Below are positions 1 through 9,620 of a stretch of DNA of 64,000 bases, one piece after another. The stretch spans positions 4,800,001 to 4,864,000 of the forward strand of contig OY970194.1 of NCBI GenBank assembly GCA_963708075.1, written 5' to 3'. The translations under genes and the position numbers were made by a program. Below the pieces are notes generated by a model that was given only the letters and a program-made list of their open reading frames with translations, did not search any database and was not told the origin of the DNA. The stretch comes from Sedimentisphaerales bacterium. Lineage in GTDB: Bacteria > Planctomycetota > Phycisphaerae > Sedimentisphaerales > Anaerobacaceae. The number at the start of each line of letters is the position of its first letter. Positions within the stretch are counted from its first letter, which is position 1.

Positions 1-356
1 ACGGCATGCGTGTGGTCGGGCGTCGCGATGATGACCCCGTCGATGTTCTTGTCTTCCTTGTCCAGCATGACACGGAAGTCTTTGTACTTCCTGGCGTCAG
101 GGAATCTGTCGAATACCTTGGCGGCATACGCGTCATCGACATCGCACAGGGCGACGAAATTCTCGGTGCTGCATTGCTTGATGTTGTAGTCGCCCATGCC
201 GCCAACACCGATGGCCGCGAGGTTGAGCTTATCGCTCGGCCGCTGGCCCGCCGCCCCGGCCAGCACGTGACTGGGCACTATCGTGAACGCCGCCACCGCT
301 CCCGCCGTGCCGCGAAGCAACTCCCGCCGGGATACCGTTTTCTTCTGCTCAGCCAT
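1..356 (-). CDS. Gfo/Idh/MocA oxidoreductase with Tat leader (runs off window start; not in ORF track)
   Basis: Manual translation from ATG 356: MAEQKKTVSRRELL...KLNLAAIGVGGMG...ALCDVD...KDFRVMLDKEDKNIDGVIIATPDHTHA, paralogous to neighbours. Confidence 0.9.
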   Translation of the reverse strand, partial: MAEQKKTVSRRELLRGTAGAVAAFTIVPSHVLAGAAGQRPSDKLNLAAIGVGGMGDYNIKQCSTENFVALCDVDDAYAAKVFDRFPDARKYKDFRVMLDKEDKNIDGVIIATPDHTHA

Positions 357-392
357 GACAATCATCCATCATCAATTATCCATCATCAATCA
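357..392. repeat. Degenerate 7-mer tandem repeat (ATCATCA/ATCAATC); also 1814-1851, 3223-3257, 23078-23110, 25443-25478
   Basis: Direct reading of intergenic spacers. Confidence 0.75.
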
Positions 393-1754
393 CAAAGCCC
401 AGCCTTCGCGATATTCCTTCGTCAGGTACTTGTTCGCCTCGGGCATATTGGTGAACTTGAACTCCTTGGGGTCCCAGAGCAGCTTCGTGCCGAGGAGCTT
501 TTCCTTCAGGGCCGGACGAATAGCAACGTTGCCCAGCAAAACCACCTGGGCCAGCAGGCCGGCGTGATCGGGGAAGTTCGAGCCGGCAGGCTTGCCGCCC
601 TTGCAGGCGATGACCCACTCCATGTAGTGGCCGGGCGAACGCTCCAGCTTCTGCGGGGGCTTGCCGTATTCCTTCTGGCGGGCTTCCGGGATGAGCCGGC
701 CGCCAAGCATCTTGCCCTTGTCGCCGATATACAGGGCGCCATTCGTCCCCCATTGGCGGCCATCTTCCAGCTCCGGCGGCCGAGGCGGCTTCATTCCGCC
801 GTCGTACCAGTGCAGCGTCACCGGCGCCAGGTCGCCCCGGGCGGGGAACTCATACGTCACGCGCGACGCCACGGGGAAAGTCTCATCGTTGACCAGTGTG
901 CAGCAGGCTTGCACGCTCGTCGGGTGGCCGAGCTTCAGCGCCCGGAACACCGGGTCCATGGCATGACAACCGATATCGCCCAGCGCACCCGTGCCGAAAT
1001 CCCACCAGCCCCGCCAGACAAACGGATTGTAGACACTCTTGACATACGGGCGCATCGGCGCCGGACCGACCCAGAGGTCCCAATTGAGCGATTCGGGCAC
1101 AGGGTCTTCCCCTTTTGGCCGGTCCACACCCTGCGGCCAGTACCACTTGTTGGTCCCGTTGAGCGGCCGATCCGTCCAGACGTGGACCTCACGAACCTGC
1201 CCGATGGCCCCATCCCAAATGGTTTCGCACAGCAGGCGGACCTCCTCGCCGGCCTGGCCCTGGTTGCCCATCTGCGTCGCGACTTTATGCTCACGGGCAG
1301 CATCCGCCAGCATCCGGGCCTCACGGACCGTGTGAGTCAAGGGCTTTTCGCAGTATACATGCTTGTTTCGCTTGATGGCGGCCATGGAAACCGGCGCGTG
1401 CAGATGGTCCGGCGTCCCCACAACGACTCCGTCGATGTTCTTGTCTTCCTTGTCCAGCATCTCGCGGAAGTCTTTGTACTTCTTGGCGTCAGGATACCGC
1501 TTGAACGTCCCGGCTGCGTGTGCCCAGTCCACATCGCACAGGGCCACGATATTCTGGCTGGAGAGTTCCCGCAGGTCGGCCCCGCCCTGGCCGCCGATGC
1601 CGACGCCGGCGATATTGATCTTCTCGCTCGGGGGCGTCTGGCCCGCCCCGCCGAGCACGTGCCGGGGGACAATCGTGAACGCCGCCACGCCCGCGGCCGC
1701 ACCCATCAGACTACGTCGAGTTATCTTTTTCTCTGTCACAGTACAACTCCTCAT
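390..1754 (-). CDS. Gfo/Idh/MocA oxidoreductase, Tat leader (start possibly GTG ~1739)
   Basis: TRRSLM leader, GIGGQG Rossmann motif, TPDH, CEKP, QMGNQG, GALGDIGCH. Confidence 0.93.
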   Translation of the reverse strand: MRSCTVTEKKITRRSLMGAAAGVAAFTIVPRHVLGGAGQTPPSEKINIAGVGIGGQGGADLRELSSQNIVALCDVDWAHAAGTFKRYPDAKKYKDFREMLDKEDKNIDGVVVGTPDHLHAPVSMAAIKRNKHVYCEKPLTHTVREARMLADAAREHKVATQMGNQGQAGEEVRLLCETIWDGAIGQVREVHVWTDRPLNGTNKWYWPQGVDRPKGEDPVPESLNWDLWVGPAPMRPYVKSVYNPFVWRGWWDFGTGALGDIGCHAMDPVFRALKLGHPTSVQACCTLVNDETFPVASRVTYEFPARGDLAPVTLHWYDGGMKPPRPPELEDGRQWGTNGALYIGDKGKMLGGRLIPEARQKEYGKPPQKLERSPGHYMEWVIACKGGKPAGSNFPDHAGLLAQVVLLGNVAIRPALKEKLLGTKLLWDPKEFKFTNMPEANKYLTKEYREGWAL

Positions 1755-1848
1755 ATCTTATTGCGCCACGCACTCATTCGTTACAACCCACGGAATCGAC
1801 CCCGTTATTCCCCTCAATAATCAATCATCCATCATCCTTCATCAATCC

Positions 1849-3201
1849 TCACAGGCTCCAGCCTTCCCGGTACTCGTCACGGATGTACTTGTTGGCTTCC
1901 GGCAGGTTGGTCACCTGCATGTTTGGGCCGTCGTAATGCAACTTCAGGCCTTTCTCATAGAGCTGTCTTTCCATCTTCAGGGCGATGTTGCCGGTCAGGA
2001 CGACCTCGGTGAGCGGTCCGGCCCAGTCGAAATTCGCCCGTGCCGGCTCGCCGCCCTTGCAGGCATTGATCCACTCCTTATGGTGACCCGGCGAGCGGGG
2101 AATCTTCTGTGGCGGCTTGCCGTACTCCTTCTGCCGAGCTTCGGGAATCAGCCGGTAGCCGAGCATCTTGCCTTTGTCGCCGATGAACAGGTTGTCGTCC
2201 AGCTCACCGAACTTGCGGCCTTCCTCCAGCTCCACCGGCCTCTGCGGCATCAGCCCGCCGTCATACCAGGTCAGCGTCAGTGGGGGAAAACCTTCGCGTG
2301 CGGGGAACTCGAAACGGACAATCGACGACTTCGGGGCGGTTTCCTCCTTCACGCCGGGTCCCTCATCCATGTTGCTGGAGCAGGCCTCCACGGTCGTCGG
2401 GTAGCCCAGCTTCAATGCGCGGAACACCGCGTCCATCTGATGGCAGCCAATGTCACCGAGCACCCCTGTCCCGAAGTCCCACCAGCCTCGCCAACTGAAG
2501 GGTAGATAGACCGGATGGTACGGTCGATACTTGGCCGGCCCCAGCCACAGGTCCCAGTCGAGCGTCTTCGGTACCGGCGGCGTGTCCTTCGGCCGCTCGA
2601 TCCCACGCTGCGAGATGGGCCGGTTGCACCAGGAATGCACCTCGCGGACCGTGCCGAGCGCGCCGTCCCAGATCATCTCGGAGACCAGGCGGTTGCCTTC
2701 TCCGGCCTGGCCCTGGTTGCCGAGTTGCGTCGCGACCTTGGCCTCGCGGGCGGCGAGCGTAAGCTGGCGGCATTCCCAGATGGAATGGGCCAGCGGCTTT
2801 TCGCAGTACACGTGTTTTCCCCGCTTGATGGCCGCCATCGCGATCACGGCGTGCAGATGGTCAGGCACGGCGATCACCACCGCGTCGATGTCCTTCTGCT
2901 CATCGAGCATCTTGCGAAAGTCCGTCCACTTCTTCGCGTTCGGGTACTTCTTGAACACCCGTCCGGCGTAGGCTTCATCCACGTCGCACAGCGCGACGAT
3001 ATTCTCGCTGCCGCACTCGTCGAGGTCCCCCTCGCCGCGACCGCCAAGCCCAATGCCGGCGATGTTGAGCTTGTCGCTCGGTGCTATGTGCCTGGCCCCG
3101 CCGAGCACATGCCGCGGCACAATCGTAAACGCCGCCACCCCCGCCGCCGTCCCCATGAACTTCCTGCGCGTCAATCGCGTGCCTTGATCGGATGCCTTCA
3201 T
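1849..3201 (-). CDS. Gfo/Idh/MocA oxidoreductase, Tat leader
   Basis: TRRKFM, GLGGRG, VPDH, CEKP, GVLGDIGCH. Confidence 0.93.
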   Translation of the reverse strand: MKASDQGTRLTRRKFMGTAAGVAAFTIVPRHVLGGARHIAPSDKLNIAGIGLGGRGEGDLDECGSENIVALCDVDEAYAGRVFKKYPNAKKWTDFRKMLDEQKDIDAVVIAVPDHLHAVIAMAAIKRGKHVYCEKPLAHSIWECRQLTLAAREAKVATQLGNQGQAGEGNRLVSEMIWDGALGTVREVHSWCNRPISQRGIERPKDTPPVPKTLDWDLWLGPAKYRPYHPVYLPFSWRGWWDFGTGVLGDIGCHQMDAVFRALKLGYPTTVEACSSNMDEGPGVKEETAPKSSIVRFEFPAREGFPPLTLTWYDGGLMPQRPVELEEGRKFGELDDNLFIGDKGKMLGYRLIPEARQKEYGKPPQKIPRSPGHHKEWINACKGGEPARANFDWAGPLTEVVLTGNIALKMERQLYEKGLKLHYDGPNMQVTNLPEANKYIRDEYREGWSL

Positions 3202-3254
3202 AGCGCCGGTCCTCCCAGTCCTTCAATAATCAATCATCAATTATCCATCATCAA

Positions 3255-4616
3255 TCAGAGGGCCCACCCCTCCCGGTATTTGCGATGCATGAACTCATTG
3301 GCCTCGGGCAGATTCGTGATTTTCATGTTCGGCCCGTCGTAGGCGAGGCGAAGGCCCTTCTCCTGGGTCTTGAGGCTCATGCGGACGGCGATGTTGCCGA
3401 GCAGAATCACTTCGGTCATTGGCCCGGCGGTATCGAAATTCGAGCCGGCGGGTTTGCCGCCCTTGCAGGCCTCGACCCATTCCTTGTAGTGCCCGACGGA
3501 GCGCGGGATGCTCGGCTCCGGCCGCTTGTACTCTTTCATTCGCGACTCCGGGATCAGCCGGGGGCTGCTGCCGTAGCTGCCGCAGATGAGCTTGCCTTTG
3601 TCGCCGACGAAGATCACGCCGCCGAGCTTGTCGCCGAGGCGAAGCCCCGGGTCCATCTCCGCGGGCCTTCGCGGCATCAGGCCTCCATCGTACCAGGTCA
3701 GTTCCACCGGCGGCAGCTCGCTCCGAGCGGGGAATTCGTACCGCACGATGGAAGCCTGCGGGTAGCTCTCATTGTTGAAAGGCTTGTCCCACGTGACCGT
3801 GGGCACGAAGATCGAGCAGCTTGCCTCGACGCTCGTCGGGTGTCCGAGCTTGAGAGCCCAGAACACCGGATCGAGGTTGTGACAAGCCATGTCCCCCAGC
3901 CCGCCGGTGCCGAAATCCCACCAGCCTCGCCACAGCATCGGCAAGTAGACCGGATGGTACGGCCGATACGGCGCCGGCCCCAGCCACAGATCCCAATCGA
4001 GCGTCGCCGGCACGGGCGGCGTGGCTTTCGGTCGATCCATGCCCTGCGGCCAGACCGCGTGCGTCGTCCACGCGTGCACCTTGCGCACGGTGCCGATCGC
4101 GCCATCCCAGATCCACTCGCAGATCAGGCGGATGCCCTCGCCGGAATGGCCCTGGTTGCCCATTTGCGTGGCCACTTTCGCCTCGCGTGCGGCCTTGGCC
4201 ACCTCGCGGGCCTCACGCATCGAGTACGTCAGCGGCTTTTCGCAGAAGACGTGCTTGCCCGCCTTGATCGCCGCCATCGTCGCGACAGCATGGACATGAT
4301 CCGGTGTCGCCACCACGACGGCGTCGATGTTCTTGTGCTCCTTGTCGAGCATCACCCGGAAGTCTTTGTACTTGCGGGCATTCGGAAAGGCCTTGAACGT
4401 CCCGGCGGCCTGCTTCTCATCGACATCGCACAGCGCGACGATGTTCTCGCTGCTGAGGTTCATCAGGTCGCCGGCGCCCTGGCCACCGACGCCAATGCCG
4501 GCAATATTGAGCTTCCCGCTCGGCGGGACGTTCCCGGCTCCCCCCAGGACGTGCCGGGGAACCATTGTGAACGCCGCCACACCCGCCGCACCACCCAGAA
4601 ACCGACGCCTGTTCAT
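3255..4616 (-). CDS. Gfo/Idh/MocA oxidoreductase, Tat leader
   Basis: MNRRRFL start at 4616, GVGGQG, TPDH, CEKP, GGLGDMACH. Confidence 0.93.
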   Translation of the reverse strand: MNRRRFLGGAAGVAAFTMVPRHVLGGAGNVPPSGKLNIAGIGVGGQGAGDLMNLSSENIVALCDVDEKQAAGTFKAFPNARKYKDFRVMLDKEHKNIDAVVVATPDHVHAVATMAAIKAGKHVFCEKPLTYSMREAREVAKAAREAKVATQMGNQGHSGEGIRLICEWIWDGAIGTVRKVHAWTTHAVWPQGMDRPKATPPVPATLDWDLWLGPAPYRPYHPVYLPMLWRGWWDFGTGGLGDMACHNLDPVFWALKLGHPTSVEASCSIFVPTVTWDKPFNNESYPQASIVRYEFPARSELPPVELTWYDGGLMPRRPAEMDPGLRLGDKLGGVIFVGDKGKLICGSYGSSPRLIPESRMKEYKRPEPSIPRSVGHYKEWVEACKGGKPAGSNFDTAGPMTEVILLGNIAVRMSLKTQEKGLRLAYDGPNMKITNLPEANEFMHRKYREGWAL

Positions 4617-4674
4617 TTCTCTCTTACCCACCGCTACACAAACCCTCGACACACGCAACACGCACTGCCGATCT

Positions 4675-4752
4675 GGGTGCCATGCCTACGCTCGCGTAGG
4701 CATGCCTCACGATCAGACCAAGCATGTCCACGCAAGCGTGGACACGGCACCC
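4675..4752. repeat. REP-like family A (GGGTGCCATG...CATGGCACCC); copies at 11531-11601 and 28455-28533
   Basis: Shared CATGCTTACGCTCGCGTAAGCATG and CATGTCTACGCAAGCG.AGACATG hairpins. Confidence 0.8.
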
Positions 4753-4760
4753 CGCGCATA

Positions 4761-4833
4761 TGTCATTCCCGCGCAGGCGGGAATCCAGTCACACATCGAA
4801 TGATCCTGGACCCCCGCCTGCGCGGGGGTGACA
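4761..4833. repeat. REP-like family C (GTCATTCCCGCG.AGGCGGGAATCC); inverted copy 56033-56105, half copy 50011-50037
   Basis: Two 73-bp copies with conserved spacer. Confidence 0.85.
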
Positions 4834-4917
4834 TAGCCAAGGTCATTTCGTTAGAACCTCTGAGACACGGGGCCTGCACCCGCAGGCCCCAGGATTCATG
4901 TCTTAATTGCGCGCCGG

Positions 4918-6276
4918 TCACACGAAATCGTAGCCGGCACGATAGAACTTCGTGACGTAGTTGTCCGCCTCGGGACAATTGGGCGAGCGCATCTTCTCGC
5001 AGTCCCATTCGACGCGTTTCTGCAGCCGGACGGCGAGATTGCCGACGAGCAGTGCCTCGACGAACGGCCCGGCGTACCAGAAGCCGCTCTTGGCGTCTTG
5101 CGGCTTGCCCGCCTTGCAGGCGTCGATCCACTCCCTGTGATGGCCGGGCGAGCGAGGCAGGGTCTTCGGCGGCCGGCCGTACTCCTTCTGCCGTGATTCC
5201 GGGATCAGCCGGGGCGCGCCCGCGTGACTCGGGCCCAGCAGCTTGCCCTTATCGCCCACGAACAGGATGCCGTTGTCACCGAGCTTGCGGCCTTCGAGCT
5301 CCGCCGGAGCCGGGGGCAGCTTGGCGCCATCGTACCAGGTCATTTTGACGGCAGGCCGGTCCCCCCTGGCCGGGAACTCGAACGTGATGATATTCCACAC
5401 GGGAAGGGTCTCATCATTGACCGGACTGGTTTCGGCTTGCACCGCCGTTGGGGCCCCAAGCTCCAGGGCGAAGAACGCCGGGTCGGCATTATGCACGGCC
5501 ATGTCGCCGATCGCACCGCAGCCGTAATCCCACCAGCCGCGCCACTTGAACGGCGCATAGGCCGAATGGTACGGCCTCCACCTGGCCGGTCCAAGCCAAT
5601 GGTCCCAATCCAAAGTTTCAGGAATCGGCTCAGTGCCCTGGGGCCGGTCAACGCCCTGCGGCCACCAAGCTCGCTCCGGAGTACCGGCACGGTCGGTCCA
5701 GACGTGAACCTCGCTGACCTTGCCGATCGCGCCGTCGTGGATGAATTCCCAGTACAGACGCAGGCCCTCGCCGCCGTGGCCCTGGTTGCCCATCTGGGTG
5801 ACGACGCCCGTCTCCTTCGCGACCTCGGCCAACCGCCGGGCCTCGTAGATCGTATGCGCCATGGGCTTTTCGACGTACACGTGCTTGCCCATCTTCATGG
5901 CCATGATGGCCGCCGGCGCATGGATGTGATCGGGCGCGCCGATGACCACCGCATCGATATTCTTCTGCTCCTTCTCCAGCATCTCGCGGAAATCGCGATA
6001 GAGCTTGGCGTCCGGATGCGCTTTGATCGTCCCCGCGGCTTTCTTCAGGTCCACATCGCACAGCGCGACGATATTCTCGCTGGAGACCTCCTTGATGTCG
6101 CTGGCGCCGCGGCCGCCGACGCCGATGCCGGCGATATTGAGCCTGTTATTGGCCGAGCTCTGGCCGGCGGCGCCCAGGATTCGCTTTGGCACGAAGGTGA
6201 ATGCCGCCACGGCCGCCGCAGCGCCGACAAACTCCCGCCGCGACAGAGCCGCATCATTTTTCGCTTTGTTCTTCAT
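4918..6276 (-). CDS. Gfo/Idh/MocA oxidoreductase, Tat leader
   Basis: SRREFV, GVGGRG, APDH, VEKP, GAIGDMAVH. Confidence 0.93.
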   Translation of the reverse strand: MKNKAKNDAALSRREFVGAAAAVAAFTFVPKRILGAAGQSSANNRLNIAGIGVGGRGASDIKEVSSENIVALCDVDLKKAAGTIKAHPDAKLYRDFREMLEKEQKNIDAVVIGAPDHIHAPAAIMAMKMGKHVYVEKPMAHTIYEARRLAEVAKETGVVTQMGNQGHGGEGLRLYWEFIHDGAIGKVSEVHVWTDRAGTPERAWWPQGVDRPQGTEPIPETLDWDHWLGPARWRPYHSAYAPFKWRGWWDYGCGAIGDMAVHNADPAFFALELGAPTAVQAETSPVNDETLPVWNIITFEFPARGDRPAVKMTWYDGAKLPPAPAELEGRKLGDNGILFVGDKGKLLGPSHAGAPRLIPESRQKEYGRPPKTLPRSPGHHREWIDACKAGKPQDAKSGFWYAGPFVEALLVGNLAVRLQKRVEWDCEKMRSPNCPEADNYVTKFYRAGYDFV

Positions 6277-6292
6277 CAGTCATTACCTTCTA

Positions 6293-6410
6293 GTGGAGTT
6301 TTGCAAAATGGAAGTTGGGCTTACTTGGAGAAGGAAAAATGCGATTTTCATTTTTCCTTCTCCAGCAACAGACCCGCGCGGGGGTATGCAACACGCACGA
6401 CCCGCTTGCC
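6293..6410. mobile_element. Truncated, internally deleted copy of the same MITE
   Basis: One TIR, the GAAGGAAAAAT hairpin and the GACCCGCGCGGG...CAACACGCACGA segment; second TIR missing. Confidence 0.75.
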
Positions 6411-6465
6411 CAACCGCCCGAGACAGTTCAAGCACTGGTAGAAAGCTCCGTGTTTCGCGACGTAC

Positions 6466-7857
6466 TTAGACCTTCATTTCCATCGGTCCCCAACCCTTGC
6501 GGGGCTCGCGCCAGGCCAGATCGTTGATCTCCGGATCGCTGACGATCTTCCCGGCTTCGTCCAGCTCGAGCTTCTTTCCCGCGCGGGCGCAGAGGTTGCC
6601 GAGCTGGATGTTGGCGGCCATGGGACCCGAGTAGCCCCAGTTGGACTGGCTGAACTCCCGCGGCTTCTCGCCCTTGCAGGCCATGATGAACTCTTCGTGA
6701 TGTCCGGGAGAGCGTTCCAGCAGTTGCTTGGGCGTGCCGAACTCTTTGCGCCGCGCCTCCGGGATCAGCATCGGGGTGTTCCAGTAATCTTCCTGGACTA
6801 GCATTTTTCCCTTGGTGCCAATGACCAGGTTTCCCGTTCTCGGCAGTTTGCGCCCGTCGACCTTGAGTTCCTCAGGGACCTCCGGCATGAAGGGCGTTCC
6901 ATCCTCTTTCTTGCCCTCGTACCAGTACGTGGTGAACCCGGGTCGGCCGTCTTTGGCGCGATAGGTGCTCTTGACCACCATCCCGGCCGGCCATTGATCC
7001 TTGACGGGTCCGGTCATGACGATTGGCTCGGCGGTGGCCGCGTAGCCCGGATTCATGATCGCGTAGATTCCGTCGGTCGTATGACAGGCCATATCGCCCA
7101 GCGCCCCGGAGCCGAAATCGACGACGCCGCGCCAGTTGAACGCATGGTAGGGACCGTTTCCCTTGCCGTCCTTGGGACCGACGTAGGGCCGCATCGGCGC
7201 CGCGCCAATCCAAGCCTCCCAGTCCAGGGTTTCGGGGACTGGATCTGACCCTTGCGGGCGGTCGCCACCCTGGGGCCAGATCGGGCGATTCGTCCAAGTG
7301 TGAAACTCTACGATGTCACCAATAGCACCGGCCTTGATGAGTTCGTACGCTTTTCGCCACCCGTCACCGGCATGGCCCTGGTTCCCCTGCTGGGTGACGA
7401 CCTTGGGATTCTTGGCGTAGACGGCCGCCAGCAGTTGTGCCTCGCGAACCGACCAGGTCAGAGGCTTTTCAGTGTAGCAGTGAATGCCCATGGAAGCGGC
7501 CGTCATCGACGGAGCAAAATGGGTGTGATCGGGCACCGCCACGAAGATCACATCCAGTTTCTTGGCGTGGTTTTCGAACACCTTCCGCCAATCGGTGTAC
7601 CCGGCCGCCTGTTCCCAGCCCTGCTTGCCCAGGACGCCATCCCACCGGGTTTTGTCGACCTCCGCGAAGGCGACACACTGAAGGCCGGCCCCGTGGCAGT
7701 AGCCCGTATGGCTCCCCGCCTGTCCGCCGGCGCCGATAAATCCCACCTGGAGCTTTTCATTGAGTCCCTGGGCCCGGATGAGGCTCGGGAAGCCGATGCA
7801 TGCAGTCCCAGCGGCGACGCTGCCTTTGATGAACTGACGACGTGTGATGTTCGACAT
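6466..7857 (-). CDS. Gfo/Idh/MocA oxidoreductase, Tat leader (most divergent of the first clade)
   Basis: TRRQFI, GAGGQA, VPDH, TEKP, GALGDMACH. Confidence 0.92.
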   Translation of the reverse strand: MSNITRRQFIKGSVAAGTACIGFPSLIRAQGLNEKLQVGFIGAGGQAGSHTGYCHGAGLQCVAFAEVDKTRWDGVLGKQGWEQAAGYTDWRKVFENHAKKLDVIFVAVPDHTHFAPSMTAASMGIHCYTEKPLTWSVREAQLLAAVYAKNPKVVTQQGNQGHAGDGWRKAYELIKAGAIGDIVEFHTWTNRPIWPQGGDRPQGSDPVPETLDWEAWIGAAPMRPYVGPKDGKGNGPYHAFNWRGVVDFGSGALGDMACHTTDGIYAIMNPGYAATAEPIVMTGPVKDQWPAGMVVKSTYRAKDGRPGFTTYWYEGKKEDGTPFMPEVPEELKVDGRKLPRTGNLVIGTKGKMLVQEDYWNTPMLIPEARRKEFGTPKQLLERSPGHHEEFIMACKGEKPREFSQSNWGYSGPMAANIQLGNLCARAGKKLELDEAGKIVSDPEINDLAWREPRKGWGPMEMKV

Positions 7858-7900
7858 GAGCTTGGCTCCTTAACTTTTGGTGAATGAAAGTGTCTTCCTA

Positions 7901-8154
7901 TTGGAGTTCTGCAAAATGGAAATTGGGCTTACTTGGGGAAGGAAAAATACGTCTTTCATTTTTCCTTCTCCAACAACGGACGCCCATGGTGCATGGTACG
8001 CACCCTGCGAAGTGACGGCAGATTGCCTTGCTACACGCGGCAAAACCGACCCGCGCGGGCTGCGCAACACGCACGAACCACTTGTCGACTCAAGGAAATC
8101 CAAAAGCTGATTTCCTTGAATAATAAGCCCAACTTCCATTTTGCAGAACTCCAC
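7901..8154. mobile_element. ~254-bp MITE, full copy
   Basis: 31-bp TIR (G/T)TGGAGTTCTGCAAAATGGAA(A/G)TTGGGCTTA; TTCCTA direct repeat at 7895-7900 and 8155-8160. Confidence 0.85.
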
Positions 8155-8157
8155 TTC

Positions 8158-9543
8158 CTAGAGCGACCATCCCTCGCGGAACTTCGGTCGAACGTAGGTA
8201 TTCGCTTGCTCATCGTTGGTGACCTTCATGTTCTCACCATCCCAGAGCAGCACCTTGTCCGGATTGAGAACGGCCAGGTTGCCCATGACGACCGTCTCGG
8301 TGAACGGGCCGGAATAGTCGAAATTGGAGCTGGCGGCCGGTCCGCCCTTGCAGGCGTTGATCCAGTCCTTCTCGTGACCGTCCGGACCGCCCTCGACGCG
8401 GCGAATCGTCTTCGACGGTCTCTTGTACTCTTTCATCTTGCTCTCGGGAAAGATGCGGGCGTTCTCGCTGTACGTGCCGCACATGAGCTTGCCCTTGTCC
8501 CCGACGAAGATCGTGCCGCTTTCCGGAATCTTGCGTCCCGGCTCGAGATCATCCGGCCGCTGCGGCAGGATGCCCCCGTCGTACCAATGCAGCTTCACAG
8601 GCGGCATGTTCCCGCGGGCGGGGAACTGATAATGGACCACCTCGGCCGAAGGGTACGTTTCCTTGTTGTCAAAGCGCGTCCACATCTCCTTGACTTCCCA
8701 GGAGTGGCTGGCCTCGACGCTCACGGGGTACTTCAGCTTCAGCGCCCAGAACGCCGCGTCCATCACGTGGCATCCCATGTCGCCCAGGGCGCCGGCGCCG
8801 AAGTCGATCCATGCACGCCAGTTGAACGGCAGGTACACCGGATTGTACGGCCGCATCGGCGACGGGCCAATCCAGAGATCCCAGTCCAGCGTCTCCGGCA
8901 CAGGGGGCGTGTCTTTGGGTCGGTCGATTCCCTGCGGCCACACCGGACGATTCGTCCAGCAGTGCACTTCGCGCACGTCCCCGATCGCGCCGTCCTGGAT
9001 CCATTCGCAGACCAGCCGGACTTCCTCGCTGGAATGGCCCTGGTTGCCCATCTGGGTCTGCACCTTGTACTTGCGCGCCGCCTCGGTCAGCATGCGAGCC
9101 TCCCACACGCTGCGGGTCAGCGGCTTCTGGACGTAGACGTGCTTGCCCCGCTGCATGGCGGCCATCGCGACGACGGCATGCACGTGGTCCGGCGTGGCGA
9201 CGACCACCGCGTCGATGTCTTTCTGCTCGTCGAGCATCTTGCGGAAGTCCGTCCACTGGCGGGCGTTCGGATATCTCTTGAAGACCTCGGCCGAGTACTT
9301 GGTGTCCACGTCGCACAAGGCCACGATGTTGGCGCCCGCCTCGGCACACTTGGCGACGTTATTCTGGCCCATGCCGCCGATCCCGACGCCGGCGATGTTC
9401 AACTTCTCGCTCGGCGGCTTGTTGCCCTGGCCGCCCAGGACGTGCCGGGGCACGATGGTAAATGCCGCGGCCGCTGCGGCGGCACCCATAAACTGGCGAC
9501 GAGAAAGCCTCTCGTCTCTTCTGGTGTTTGCCCTATTCTCCAT
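8158..9543 (-). CDS. Gfo/Idh/MocA oxidoreductase, Tat leader
   Basis: Start MENRA after [37 protein letters not shown]. Confidence 0.93.
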   Translation of the reverse strand: MENRANTRRDERLSRRQFMGAAAAAAAFTIVPRHVLGGQGNKPPSEKLNIAGVGIGGMGQNNVAKCAEAGANIVALCDVDTKYSAEVFKRYPNARQWTDFRKMLDEQKDIDAVVVATPDHVHAVVAMAAMQRGKHVYVQKPLTRSVWEARMLTEAARKYKVQTQMGNQGHSSEEVRLVCEWIQDGAIGDVREVHCWTNRPVWPQGIDRPKDTPPVPETLDWDLWIGPSPMRPYNPVYLPFNWRAWIDFGAGALGDMGCHVMDAAFWALKLKYPVSVEASHSWEVKEMWTRFDNKETYPSAEVVHYQFPARGNMPPVKLHWYDGGILPQRPDDLEPGRKIPESGTIFVGDKGKLMCGTYSENARIFPESKMKEYKRPSKTIRRVEGGPDGHEKDWINACKGGPAASSNFDYSGPFTETVVMGNLAVLNPDKVLLWDGENMKVTNDEQANTYVRPKFREGWSL

Positions 9544-9620
9544 GTCTATTGTCCTCAAAAACAACCGTTGATATGTGCTGCCGATTCAAGCGGCCTCGGA
9601 CTCACATGCCGCACTTGCAC

